64,000 bases of DNA from Macrostomum lignano (GCA_002269645.1 NIVC01000954.1:1-64000), one strand, 5' to 3'; positions 1 through 33,694 are shown, counted from the stretch's first letter. The notes: a model not told the origin generated them from the sequence alone. A program made the numbers and translations.

Positions 1-126
1 GAACTTGTTCTATTCAAGTTCTATCAAACTGTACAGGACAATTCGACCGCATTGACCCTTGATGTTCATTGGACAGCCCATGCTCTGGTTCAGCCCATCC
101 ATTCGTTATGTTTAGAGTAAATGCGT

Positions 127-348
127 CACGTGAGCCATATCGGGCGTCTTTTTATGACCATTCTACTCCGCCGCTTTCCATTCGCCCTACACCTCCCTTC
201 ACCCGGGCGTTCATTGATCCGGCCTTGAAAATCATATGATTTAAAGCGTACTCTGCGCGCACCCTCTAGTTTAGAAGCTATTTTTAGCTACAAGGAAATC
301 CATTACGCCTGGCCAATTGGCCTCGCTCACAATCCGCGCCTATATAAA
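127..348 (+). promoter_or_regulatory. Putative core promoter of the Mxd gene: E-box, CCAAT palindrome and TATA box
   Basis: CACGTG at 127-132, GGCCAATTGGCC at 311-322 and TATATAAA at 341-348, about 190 bp upstream of the ATG at 534. Confidence 0.55.
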
Positions 349-533
349 ACCTGCCTGCCGAGCGCAAAATGACGCCTCATCTCGCTGCCCGGTTCAGCAT
401 ATGCGCCGCCGCTTCCCTCTCTCGCCTGCATTCCTTGAATTATTTCCGGCTAAAAAACTCCGAAGTTGTGTAAGCCAGTTTAGATTGCTATCAGTAACAA
501 AATAGAGAAAGCAACAAAAAACTACGCAACGCA

Positions 534-21151
<20,618 letters not shown>

Positions 21152-21350
21152 TCAGCGAGTCAGTCGCTTCTGTTGTTTTCAAGACAGTTTTTGTCCCATT
21201 GAGGTTGAAGCTCGAATCTGGAGGTTCGAATATTTGTTTCGTTTTGTTTAGTTGTCTTCAGAATTTCGTATGCTCTTGCTGTTTAATAATACAGTTTGTT
21301 TGTTTGCGCTGAATTAGTAAGCCTAATCGCTTCTTATCTTTCATGATAGC

Positions 21351-21650
21351 GCTGGGATCTGAGATTCAAATTTGGGATCTGGGATTCAAATTTGGGATCT
21401 GGGATTCAAATTTGGGATCTGGGATTCAAATTTGGGATCTGGGATTCAAATTTGGGATCTGGGATTCGAATTTGGGATCTGGGATTCAAATTTGGGATCT
21501 GGGATTCAAATTTGGGATCTGGGATTCAAATTTGGGATCTGGGATTCAAATTTGGGATCTGGGATTCAAATTCGGGATCTGGGATTCAAATTTCGGATCT
21601 GGGATTCAAATTTGGGATCTGGGATTCAAATTTGGGATCTGGGATTTGAA
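21351..21650 (+). repeat. 20-bp minisatellite (TGGGATCTGGGATTCAAATT) downstream of the Mxd stop codon
   Basis: About 15 tandem units. Confidence 0.96.
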
Positions 21651-23814
21651 TATGGAATCTGAGATTCTAATATGGCACCTGGGCTTAAAACATCGAGTTT
21701 TGGTTTAAAACCTTGGACTAGGAGCTAAAATAGCTGGGATTCGGGATTTGGGATCTCGGACTTAAATTAAAAATCTGGCTACAAAAATCGGGATTTGAGT
21801 CTTGCAAATAGGATCTAGGACAAGAAAGTGAGATCTGGAACTAAAATCTAATCTAATTTTCTAATGTAAAAAAGATTTAATGTAAACAGAACCGATTGAA
21901 ATGCACTACTGATGCCAGTAGTTAATATAGAGTTTAGCACTGTTTGCTTCGTTCTTATCTGTTCAATATTTATTTGAGTGATTATAACGCTGTGTGTTTT
22001 ATAAGCGGGCCCGGCGGAGCAGTATTTTTTACGCTGTAATCTCAATTAAATGTCCACTGACGCAATGCACCTAGGATTATAAACCTGGCTTGCTGACATA
22101 ATTTATTACTTTGATAGATTAGCTCGCATGATCCTGTTATTATTGATTGGTCGATTGCCTGATTGAGAGTTTGAAAACCCGCTTTGCTGACCCGCAGAGT
22201 GACAACCTGTAGTTTTAGATTCCCGCCATTCTATTATTTTGCAATCTGTTATAAAATAATAATTTTGTCTTAAAATTGCATCTCAAAATCTGTACTCAAA
22301 TGCTGCACTGAAACCAGCGAACAGCCGCAGTCTCAGGAACTTCTCAATAAGCGGTTAAAAATGCTATCAAGGAGACTCCCTGCTTTTAAGTCACTCGCAG
22401 TGCCAATTTCTACCAGCATGTTGACGAGTCGGCAGTGACATTAAGCTGCACCCCAAATTCATTTACAGTGTATCAGGGTCTAAGACAACACAGAGATATT
22501 CTTTGTTATTTGCAAAGCTATTTTATTTGAACTTTCATCGCCCCCTCCCCTTTTAACTGACTGTCGTGCTTGTAGCAATTTAGATTCTGTTGTGGTCGTG
22601 TTATGACGAACTTTTGGCCTATTGAATTTCATAATTAAATATCTTTTAATTATTACGTATTGACGGCACACCGAGTTCCATAGGGATCCTGAATCAACAC
22701 TGTTTTTCTATTGGCAGATCATACTCTTGCGTGTTTCTATTTCTATCTGTCTAAATATTTCAACCTATACTCGTAGATTTACTTGTGTACAAAATATATA
22801 GTATAACAATAACAACAACAACACATCTTATGATATGCTACGATAATTATTGGCGTCACAAAAAACGCTAAGTTTGCAGAGGTTAATTAATCACTTTGAA
22901 TTTATTTTTTTGTACTGGCTACTTCTGGTAAAGTGATTTAAGAATCAAGTTATTGTCGTTGTCAATATGATTAATGTCAATACAAGAGTTATAGCGTTCT
23001 GGGGCACTGGCGGCTGCAACAACGGGTTGATGTAATTGAAGTTATGAAGTCAAGCAGATGATGAAGGATGATGGTGAAGCAAAGTGGCAAGTGATGGCGC
23101 TGAGTACGGTGGTGGCGGTGAGTAGCAAGTAGACAAGTAGTGGCGTGATTGGGCGCTAGCCCGTGGCAGTACAAGGTGGAGCACGAATGCGTAAACAAGT
23201 CTGGCCCAGACAGGGTGGGGCCGTGGCGAGAGATGAAGGAGAAACGAACGAAGGCCAGAGGGAGAGCACGAAGGAAAGAGAGCGGAGCGAGCGAGCAAAC
23301 CCCGAAGCCCGCCGCCAGGCGGGGTTAATAAAGGAGCGCAGGGAGGTAAGCATAATAAATGCGGAGAGTTTTTATTGGCTGGCGGGGGAAAAGCGAGAAC
23401 TGAAATTATTGATCGCGCGAGACCCTACAGATGTACGCAAAGATTACCATGTACGCAATGATTAGCAATTGATACAGATTCGTTGGGCGCTACTACAAGT
23501 AAACGTGAGAATACACGATTGGAGAATATTAAATGAGAAATTGTAGTGAAATTGTAGTCTAACGGCCCTTTTGCGGGACCACCTTAAACTGACAACGTCA
23601 CACGGCCTAGGCAAGCAGGCTCAGGAAAGACGGTAGGGATTTGGGAAGCAAGGAAGGAGCCTTTTTGGGCGGCCCTATTTGGTATCGGTTTTTCCTCCCT
23701 CTCTGTGAGAGTCTATTCCAGACTTGCTAGGTTTAGAATTCCTTAGATCCAAGCAACTTTCATCACAATTAAATATACTACAATATAACAATGAATAAGC
23801 AATAGGGCTTAAAT

Positions 23815-24513
23815 CAAGGACGACTTAAGTAGAAGGACGGGAAACCTCGTTTCTTAGAAAAGTTTTGAAGGCACTTTTTCCCGAAAAAAATACACTACGG
23901 AGATAGGAAGTTTTCATTTTTTCAGCACAAAAATTGTTATTGCGTTTGATATGAGGCAGATCCAGCGTTCATCTTTTGATATGTTGTGCCTTTTTTATTG
24001 CTCTATCGATATTGATAAAGCTTTTCGTTCAGAAAATCAGGATTCTATGTTAATTTTTTATTCTACGTATATTTTCGCGTGTCTTGTGCTTGAAATACAT
24101 TAGAATGCCACGGCTCGGCTCTTTGGTTTTATGAGTCTATTTTGTCATTCTTACCCGACTGTGTAGCAAATATTTGTAACAGAGATGATAAAATAGGTTC
24201 ATAAAACCTAATATTGGAGCTGTGTCATGCATTTTTGTGATTTTTAGATACAGGAAATATACGTAGAATAAAAAATTAACATAGAATCCTGATTTTCTGA
24301 ACGAAAAGCTTTATAAATATCGATAGAGCAATAAAAAAGGCACAACATATCAAAAGATGAACACTGGATCTGCCTCCTATCAAACGCAATAATAATTTTT
24401 GTGCTGAAAAAATGAAAACTTCCTATCTCCGTAGTGTATTTTTTCGGGAAAAAGTGCCTTCAAAACTTTTCTAAGAAACGAGGTTTCCCGTCCTTCTACT
24501 TAAGTCGTCCTTG
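23815..24513. mobile_element. Non-autonomous long-TIR DNA transposon (MITE/foldback), 699 bp, 8-bp TSD; hAT or P superfamily
   Basis: About 260-bp near-identical TIRs (23815-24073 and 24255-24513) starting CAAGGACGAC; TSD GCTTAAAT at 23807-23814 and 24514-24521. Confidence 0.92.
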
Positions 24514-25309
24514 GCTTAAATATGGTTGACTCGTCGATTATTGCTATTCATATTATAGATAGATGTAATGTAGGCTATTAAAAGCGATAAAGGTCTGCTG
24601 GTTAAATTAATAATCATGAATAATTTCGTTTTAATATATTGCCACATTGCGCGGCATACAGATTATATTGTGGCAGGCGGGTTGCCACTGTTTTTTTATT
24701 ACTTTCTGTTGAGAATATTTTACTGACAATTAATATGTTCTACGAAATTATCAAGTACGCCAACCCCGGAAAGTTTTTACAAATTTGCAACCATTTTGAT
24801 CATAACGCCATTAACCCGTCCGTTGAGCTTATTCGTCCCAGTTTTGTTCTTGCTTTTTTACCCACTGATGAACTGTTGTCTTCCCACTGTTGATTTTACT
24901 AATTTTGCCACTATTACGAGTCAAGTTGTTTTTTGCCCAACTCTTTGTCCATGCCCTTGTCCACCCCTCTGTCCAATCACCCGTCCCAGCCTGGCCCCGT
25001 CTGTTGATAATTTGAGTTTATTTCAATATTTAAAGCATTAATTGCTTCAAGCGCTGTTGCCGTTTTGTCCCTCCCCTTCCCCTTTTTCCTTGGTTCTCCT
25101 TCTGCTTCGTTCCCTTTTACATCCTGCGTTTAGTTATAGTACATTCGTTCTATTAATTAGTTCCGTTAGTGTTACTTTTGGTGCCGCCTCTAACTTCCAT
25201 CCTAGCTAACCTTAGCGCACCGCGGCTCTGCTCGCATTCAATTCGTTCGTCGCCAATAATATTTATCCGCCTGCTTAACTAACTTGCAATGTAATATCTA
25301 GCGATCAAT

Positions 25310-27174
25310 AATAATAAACGTCAACCATATTTATTTCAATTTATTTAATTAGTTAAGCCCATAGCCTATCTTGAGTTCTTTGCCCACGGGACGTAAAGCA
25401 ATCCAGTTCTCATCTCAAAGAAAGCTCTGAGACTAATTCGTTTCGTAATGCAAAAATTACGGTGGTGGCAGCTCTACCCACCCTACTGATAGAAATCAAC
25501 TCAACAAATCAACGCATTATTTTACGGTACCAACAATCTCGGTGTCTACCATTTGAACGACCGTTCAGCTACGATCACGCCTACACTCCCCCCGGACTTG
25601 AGACCCCGGCAGTCGGAGTAAAACAGGAGAAAATTTCGTTGTGATTCGTCTGCGCGAAACTTCTGGATTTAATCGTGCGAACGCAACGCCGGCGGAAATT
25701 CAAAAGTGATCAAAACTGCCCACCAAAGAAAGTGAACCTTTTCGTTTTCTCCGTCCCCACCTCAATATACTAGACGGTCTGACGGGCGGCAGCGTAGCTC
25801 GCCGTGCTCCCGTCTAAACGGCATAATTTTAGCTGCTGTGTTACCGACTAGACGCGGTCGTCAATAGGGTGATACTGTGGCAGGTGGGATGCCACTTTTG
25901 ACTAGTTGATTAACAAATTTAATAACTTTGAAATGCATGCGGAAAATTTTCTTTATTTTTTGTCCACTATTTGATTTGTTTCCCCCGTTTGGTCCCGCCG
26001 ACGGACCGCCCAGTGGAGGTTTTGCATCCTTTTTTTCTGGAAATTTATCCTCCTCCCAACGGACATTTTTGTTAAAATTTTTCTGTTTCCTTCAGTTTTA
26101 AGGCCGTCTAGTGCCTCGACCACGCGCTGTAATTTTTGTCCCGAAGCATATGCCTACACCAACCGTTGATCTAACCTGACGTGTCGTCGATTGAATGAAA
26201 CAAGTCTAGCTTAATTATGCATGGTCAAAATGCTAATGTATTTCACGACTTCAAAGCGAGAGAAAACTAACGATATATAGCAAACACGATAGTGATAATA
26301 TTGGGGTGGTTGGTGCACTGCGCGCACAGAAGGCATAAAATAAATAAAGTGCTTAGAGTGAATACGTACATCTGAACACTTCGCGTGTAAGAAGGCATTG
26401 GCTCATTGGTTCAATAAAATATATAGATCAATAACTCAAGAGTCTGACCCTGCAAACCAACACGCCGCCTCACAACCGATGTTTTGCCATGCGTTTCACT
26501 AATATTTAAACAGCTCATTGCTAGTGTCTCCTCTCCATAAACGCTCGCTCACTCTCTCTCTCTAACTTTTCTAACGTGTTCTCCCGCACTCGCCTTCTTC
26601 GTGCGACCAACACTATAGCTAACGTAACTTGCCTATTTCATTTAGTTGATTTTAGCGCCTCGGAGCCCGTGAAATCTTCTCAGTCGTGAATTTATTAAAG
26701 CAATAGTAATCTTAATAACTTTCAATTTATTTCAAGCCTGCTGTTTTAATAATAACCAAATATCTAGTAAATTACACCATATTTATTCGTTGATCAATAA
26801 TCAAGCCGTATAGCCTATCTTGAGTCATTTGCCCACGGAGCGTAAAACAATCAAAGTTCTCAACTCAAAGAGAGCTCTGAGAATTATTCGTTCCGTAATA
26901 CGTAAATTACGGTGGTGGCAGCTCTACCCTACTGATAGTAATCAGCTCAACAAATCGACATTAATTTACGGTGTCAGAATCTTCGGTGTCTACTATCTGA
27001 ACGACCGTGCCGCTGAGACCGCTCGCCTACGACCGCAACTACCCTCACCCCGGAATTTGAGGACCCCGGCAGTCGGAGTAAAACAGGAGAAATAATTTTG
27101 TTGTGATCCGTCTGCGCGACTCTCCGGATTTATTCGTGCGAACGCAACGCCGGCGGGAATTCAAACGTGGAATC
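25310..27174 (+). repeat. Two diverged direct copies of a ~400-bp unit (about 25310-25710 and 26790-27174)
   Basis: Shared blocks ATAGCCTATCTTGAGT..TTTGCCCACGG, AAATTACGGTGGTGGCAGCTCTACCC, ACCCCGGCAGTCGGAGTAAAACAGGAGAAA and CGTGCGAACGCAACGCCGGCGG. Confidence 0.85.
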
Positions 27175-27873
27175 TGTAGCAAGAACGGAGGCAGGACACT
27201 AAATTTGACTTTGAGCCTTTACCGCCCAATCACAAGCTTGCACAGCTGCCTGCTTACTAGGCACACTCTAAAGCATAGCCAGTAACAGTTCGAGCTATGA
27301 TTCAGCATTTATTAGATTCACCATCGAGCTAAGGCGATGAAATTCAGCTGATATAAAGTTACGAATATAAAGTATTGAACGAAACGAACATATACGAGTA
27401 TTATTACATTGCGATGCGATTACTTTGCTTTACTTAACACACGCCTCGAGTTGGCACCAATTTAAATTGCGAAAAATAAATGAGGCTTGAAAGCGGCGGT
27501 TCAATTATTTATTATCGATAATCGAGATTACCGGAAAAACACTTGCTTATTAGCTGGGTTTGCCTGGTGTATATTTATAGCAAAATTAACGGTGTTCTGG
27601 AAATTTCTTTAGAATTATAACAAAGATACAACGTTATAATGTAAACTGTAGCTAATACGGATAAATGCGTTGAATAAGAATATGGCTAATAATTAAACTA
27701 TAAGATATGTAAAGGTTCCGCGTAGAAATATTTTGTTATGGAAATTCGAAGAAAAATGCAGAAATTTCTTTTACTTAATTTGGAAATTTTGCTCGTATAG
27801 AATGCGCGAAGGGGAAAGGAAACTTCTAGAAACTAGGTACATTGGAATAACATTGCAACAAATGTGTACTACA
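27175..27873 (-). repeat. 3' LTR (699 bp, TGTAG...CTACA) preceded by a polypurine tract
   Basis: On the - strand, PPT AAGGGGGGTAG (27874-27884) is followed by TGTAGTACA; the LTR ends TTGCTACA at 27175. Matches 33771-34070. Confidence 0.9.
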
Positions 27874-28529
27874 CTACCCCCCTTGCGAAAAAAAACAATG
27901 TCCCCATTGCGCCGAAAATTGACAGTTCGAACAAAATCTACTTTATGAAAATATTTCTTTGACACAATACAAGTTGCGTTCAATGCACGCTCACAAGACG
28001 GACACAAAAGGATCGAATCGCGTATGAGCAAAAGTTAAATAAAGCCAACTTCAAAAATAGCGGCAAAATTCTTCAACCACAGCAATTTAGGACTTCACCA
28101 ATGCAATTTGAACATATTGCGGAACGAAAATGCTCGAGTCTAATTTAATAGAATATCGGATGATGATCAACGCACATACCCTAACGGATGCTAAAAATTG
28201 AACAATTATGTCAATGCGGAATAAAAATGCAATATTCACTCCAACGCGAATTTTTAGTATATAGGATTGTTGAAATCGAAATAAATATTTTGATAGCAAA
28301 ATGCGATTTAATATACAGGGGAATATATAAAGCACCGGCCTGGAACTCGGAAACCACAACTGATTAAAACTCGAAAAGACAGCGGATTTGAATCTTAAAA
28401 AACGAATTAGACGCAAAAAATACTTAGCCAAGTGACACGCAAAGGCAGCTCTGCTGGAACAGCGCACAAATGCACAACTCAAGCACAAACTGCGCAGGTC
28501 GCAGAAATCGTCAAAAAAGATTGTCAGAC

Positions 28530-31500
28530 TCACACTAGGATCCAGCCATCGTCAAGAACTTCGCTGCTGCAGTCGCTGGTCGCCTCACTCCGCGCCGGGT
28601 CGGGAGCGCGGGGCTGGTGCGCACGTTTCAGCTTGTTTGCGTGGACCACCCGACCGGTGTCGCCGTCCTTGTAATCGATAGGATGAACCAGGTAGTTCGC
28701 CGGCGACGTTCGCTGCAGCACCCGGAACGGGCCGGTCCAGGGCGCCTGGTGTTTCGGAGCCAGTCCAGTCGTCCTTGAAAGCGCCGCCGGCGGAACGAAA
28801 ACCCATACGAGGTCGCCGACCCGGAATCTGCACCGCTTGGCTTTCCGGTCGTAGTACCGCCGCTGGCGTCGTTGTGCCGTCGCCATCGATCGCCGCACGG
28901 AGTCGTAGGCGCGAAGCAGCTGGTCGCGGTTGTTGGCGGCGAACTGGCCGACTGTCATTGGCGGCTCCGGTGGCCGGTAGACGACGTCAACTGGAAGCGT
29001 CATTTCCCGGCCAGTCAGCAGGCAGTGAGGAGTAAACCCGGCTGTAGCATTGACGCTGCTGCGGTAGGCCAGGAGACAATGCGGCATCACTTCTTCCCAG
29101 TCCTCCGGCTGGACTGACTGCAGGTGGCAGCGGAGCATCTGGTGCAAAGTGCGGTGGAACCTTTCTACTAGGCCGTCGCACTGCGGATGGTAGCCGGATG
29201 TCCGCGTCTTCTGAATCTCCAGCAGCCGGCACAGGCTCCTGATGACCTTGCCGTCCACGGCCTTGCCACGGTCGGAGTGCAGAATGTGCGGGGCTCCGAA
29301 ACGCGTCACCCAGTTGTCGAACAGTGCTTTGGCGATGGTGGCCGCTTTCTCGTCGGGGAGTGGCACCAGCTCGACCCACTTGGTGAAGTAGTCGACAATG
29401 GTGAGCAACCGATCGTTGCCCCGCCGTGACAGTCCAACTTTGACCACGTCAATGCCCACGTGTTGCATAGGAAATCCACTGGCCATAGTCTGCAGTGGAG
29501 CTCGGCGCTGACTCGGTGTCTTAGCGCGCTGGCACACTTGGCAGGACCTGACCGCTAGGCGAACGCTCTTCGCCATTTTCGGCCAGTAGCAACGCTGCTT
29601 GAGGGCTGCCAAGGTCTTGTCCTCGCCCAGATGCCCAAGCTCATGGACCTCCTCGATGAACTCCTCCTGTCTGCAGCGCGGAATCACAGGCACCGGCTTG
29701 GACTTCACCAGCTTGTTCAGGGCGCCGTCGACGAAACACAGGTCGCCGATCTTCTGTGCCAGAATTAGGCTCTCAGGCGACAGTCGGTCACGTCTGCTGG
29801 CGCTGAACCTTGTCTTGCCGTTGGACAGCAGGCGAAACACCGGGCCGATGTCTGGATCACGGAGCTGCAGTTCACGCAGTGACTGAGACGCATCTGACAG
29901 CGCCTCGCCTTCCTGAATGGCCTCGTCGCTGATTTCGTCTTCGCTGGAGTCCTCGCTCTCGCTTGGCCGCGGTTGAAGCTGCTGCTTCCGCCTTGAAGTG
30001 CCCTGACGTTCCGGCTCGGCGTTGGTCTGGGCATCCGCAGAGGTAGCCGGCGCTGATGTCGCTGCATTGCTTTGCACGGAGTTGACTCTGACTGTGTCGA
30101 CCCGGCCAGCAGGCTCCGCGATTGGCACTGGCGCCTCGACCGTCGGCTCCGTCTGGCAGGCGGCTGTTGAAGTCTCGGTTGGCGCCACGGTCCCTGGCCG
30201 ACAGACTCGACACTGGCTGGTGCACTTTTGCTCTCGCCGAGAGAGGGCGTCTGCGTTGCCGTGTTGGCGGCCTCGGCGAAAGACGACCTTGAAGTTGAAC
30301 TCATCGAGCAGCTGCAGCCATCTGGCCAGCTGGCCTTCAGGCTCTTTGAATGCCAGCAGATAGGTGAGCGCCTGGTGATCCACTCGAACGGTGAAGGCGC
30401 GCGGCAGCAGGTAGCTCCGGAACTTCTTAACAAACTCGACAACAGCCAGGAGCTCGCGCCGCGTCACGCAGTAGTTGCGCTCAGCTCTTGACAGGGCGCG
30501 GCTGGCATAGGCGATAACCCGCTCTTCGCTCGCCTGCACTTGCGACAGCACCGCGCCGATTGCGCAGTCACTTGCGTCGGTGTCGAGGATGAATTCGGAG
30601 CCCGACTCGCTCATGTCCGGGAACGCCAGGATCGGAGCTGACAGCAGCGCTTGCTTCAGCTGGTTGAAGGCCGCCTCGGCTTCTGGCGTCCACTCGAAGG
30701 GCGTCGGCAGTGTAAGGCGGCCCAGAGGCTCGGCGATCTTGGCGTATTCGCGCACAAATCTTCGGTAGTAGGAGGTCATGCCGAGGAAGCTCTTGACGTC
30801 CTTCGAGCTCCGGGGCACCGGCCAGTCCCGCACAGCCGCGGTTTTGCCCTCATCGACGGTGATGCCGGTCTTGCTGACGTGGTGGCCCAGGACTAACATG
30901 CTGGTATTTGCAAATCGGCACTTTGACGGCTTGAGGCGCAGGTTGAACTCGCGCAGTCGCTCCAGAACTGAACGCAGCCGATCGTTGTGCTGGCCGATGG
31001 TCTGGCCCATCACGATGACGTCGTCAATGAACACCAGACAGGCCTGCCACGTCAGTCCCCGGAGCACCAGCTGCATGAGCCGCTGAAAGGTGGCTGGTGC
31101 ATTCCGTAGTCCGAACGGCATCACGTTGAATTCAAACAGGCCTTCATGGCACACAAATGCCGTCTTCTCCTTGTCCCGGTCATTCATCTCGACTTGCCAG
31201 TAGCCACTTTCGAGATCCAGCGCTGAGAAGTAGCTGTTTCCTTCGAGGGCATCCAGAGTGTCATCGATGCGGGGCATCGGGAAGGCATCGGGCTTAGTCG
31301 CCGCGTTCAGCAGGCGGTAGTCCAAGCAAAATCTGGCCGACCCGTCCTTCTTGCGAACCAGAACTATCGGAGATGCCCAAGGTGATGACGATGGTCAGAC
31401 GACTCCCTTTGCCAGCATCTCGTTAACCAGCTCCTTCTGCTGTGCGATCGCTGTGGGAGCCAGGCGCCGCAGTCCTTGGCGAATTGGCCTGGCGTTGCCT

Positions 31501-32447
31501 GTGTCGATCTCGTGCTTTAACAATTGGGTGCGGCCTGGGTTGCTGGGGCTCGCGAATACGTCACTGAACTCCAGCAGAAGGCGTTCGACTTGCTGCCGCT
31601 CCTCGGTTGGGATGTCATCGGTGATTTGCACCTCGTCCTGCCAGGTCGTTGCAGTAGTCGGATCTGCCACGCTGCCATCACCAGATCCTCCGGCTTGTAG
31701 ATGCGCCAGGGCTCGGCCAGACAGCGGGTTAAAGTTGCCGACGATGTCGCCCTCCTTGATCTTGACTGTCTCATCTCTGGTGTTGATTACAGCAACCCCC
31801 ATTCCGTGGTCAACTAGCTTGGACACGCTGCGGCCGATCATCACTTTGGCCGCCTTGCTGCCGCAGACAACGCCTGGTGCCTCCTAGTTCGTCCACGCTG
31901 CCGCGCTCGCTGGCCGCACCGGAATGATCCAGCCATCGCCTGGCTGCAGTCGAACCGTGGCCGCCGCTGCCAGCTTGTAAGTCTGGGCCGCCTGCCTGGA
32001 TGTCCGCATTGGCAAGGTGACGCCGAGGCCGTTAAACTCGAGAATGCCTGATCTCAGGTGAATCGAAATGTCAAATTTGTTTAGGAAGTCGCAGCCCAGA
32101 ATTACCGGTGCGCTGAGGCAGGTCACCGCCAGGAATGAAGTGTCGAAAATGAAGCGGACCAAGAAAAAAACTTATCTCAATGCTTGATTGCCGCCCACGC
32201 CATAGATGGTTGTTGAGCTGGGTCTCAGCTGCCGCCTAAGCCTGGCCGAGTGCACGATGTCGCTGTTGATGCAGGAGATCTCGGCACCGGTGTCGATCAT
32301 GCACGGCCGGCGTTTTCTGAGCATGCGCGAGGTGATGAAGCGCACTTGGTCGGGCTGGCAGCTGGGGCGTGGGGGCTGGGCCGAACTGCTTAGTGCTGAG
32401 AGGGCCGGTGCTGGCCCATTGGACCAGCCCCCCCAGCGTTTGGGCAC
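28530..32447 (-). pseudogene. pol: Gypsy pol (protease, RT, RNase H, integrase) in one frame with three premature stops
   Basis: PR motif IDTGAEIS; RT PWASPIVLV..., FIDDVIV; RH LDTDASDCAIGAVL; IN HHCC and GIDVV...HSDRG...GLVERF plus GPF motif. In-frame stops at 32172-74 (TAA), 31884-86 (TAG) and 31395-97 (TGA). Confidence 0.93.
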
Positions 32448-33694
32448 CTCCGGCGGATGTGGCCAGGCTGATGGCAGCCGTAGCAGATGGGCACCGCCCT
32501 AGGCTGCTGCTGTTGATGTGCAGCGGCGTCAGCTGATCTCCATGGTGGCGCTGGGGCTGTCTGCGCTCGATGAGCCGCTGGCTGGTGATGTTGTGTCGTC
32601 TGTGGCCCATGCTGCGGTCGGGTTCCTGTCGGTGTTGACTGAGCTGGTGCCGCTGGAGCTGACGCCTCGGCGCTGTGGTGCTGCGACTGGGAATTCATTA
32701 TCTGCTGGGTCTCGCGCACTTGCTGGGCATAGTGCAGGGCCTGATCCGGTGTAGTAAGAGGCAGCTGCATATTAAGCAGCCGCTCCGTCACGTAGTTGTC
32801 GTTCAGCCCTTGAATGAACCGCTCAAGCACAGTCTGCTGGCGACAGTCTTGAGCACCGAGCTCTGGGTAGGCCTTGAACGCGAGTCGCTGGAGGGCAGTC
32901 AGAAAATCCTCGAACCTCTCGTCCTTGCCCCGGCACCGGCTGTGAAGCTCGCGCCGAAGTAGCGCAGTGCTGGTGGCACCGCCATGACGAGCGCGAAGGT
33001 GCTGCAGGAGATCTTCATAGCGGGCACCTGGCAGGAACTGCAGTGAAGTCCCAACGGGCTGTCCATGCTGCGCGCACAGTTGGTAGAGCCAGACGTCGTA
33101 GGTAGCGAATGCTGGTCCCAGGTAACTGCTGAGCGTGTTGATCTTGCTGTAGTCACTCAGTCCTTGGTGCCGGCTTAAATACGAAGACACTCGACCCAGA
33201 AAGTCATCGAACGGTTCGGATCCGTTGAAGGGCGCCGGCTTCGGCACCGATGGAAACTGGATTGCTTGTTGATATACCGGTGCGCACAGGTTGCGGGCGC
33301 CAGCGCCAGGGTGAGATCCGCTTTGGAGCAACGGAGCCCATGGTTCGGCCATACGGTGCACAGAGTCTCTTGGTGGATGTGTCACTGCAGCTGCCGCGGA
33401 AGGCCTGGTGTCCAGCAGGAATGAGTCTCCCGTCTCCATGTAGTTCGTTGACGGTTGGCCGGGCCCGGGGGGCACTGGCACTTGAGACTGACAGCAGCGT
33501 GCTTCATCGACGGAGATTTGCACAGGATCGAGGTCACGATGCTCTTGATAGCGCCGCCAGTTCGCCTCCCGTTCGGATTCTGGCTCACTGGTTGACGAAG
33601 AGGTGTTAGCCGTAGCCGCAGCGGTCGGACGTAAAATATCGCGATTTCTCAGTCTTAGCCGTTGAGGCTCTTCTGCCTCACGTTCTGACCACAT
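32390..33694 (-). CDS. gag: Gypsy Gag with C-terminal CCHC zinc knuckle (434 aa)
   Basis: PAPFNGSEPFDDFL, RGKDERFEDFLTALQRLAFKAYP...FIQGL, CYGCHQPGHIRRRC. Confidence 0.9.
   Translation of the reverse strand: MWSEREAEEPQRLRLRNRDILRPTAAATANTSSSTSEPESEREANWRRYQEHRDLDPVQISVDEARCCQSQVPVPPGPGQPSTNYMETGDSFLLDTRPSAAAAVTHPPRDSVHRMAEPWAPLLQSGSHPGAGARNLCAPVYQQAIQFPSVPKPAPFNGSEPFDDFLGRVSSYLSRHQGLSDYSKINTLSSYLGPAFATYDVWLYQLCAQHGQPVGTSLQFLPGARYEDLLQHLRARHGGATSTALLRRELHSRCRGKDERFEDFLTALQRLAFKAYPELGAQDCRQQTVLERFIQGLNDNYVTERLLNMQLPLTTPDQALHYAQQVRETQQIMNSQSQHHSAEASAPAAPAQSTPTGTRPQHGPQTTQHHQPAAHRAQTAPAPPWRSADAAAHQQQQPRAVPICYGCHQPGHIRRRCPNAGGAGPMGQHRPSQH

Noticed and set aside
28087-28533. 148-aa ORF after integrase as an env-like gene
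   Set aside because: TTG start, no signal peptide, fusion or TM pattern; probably 3' UTR.
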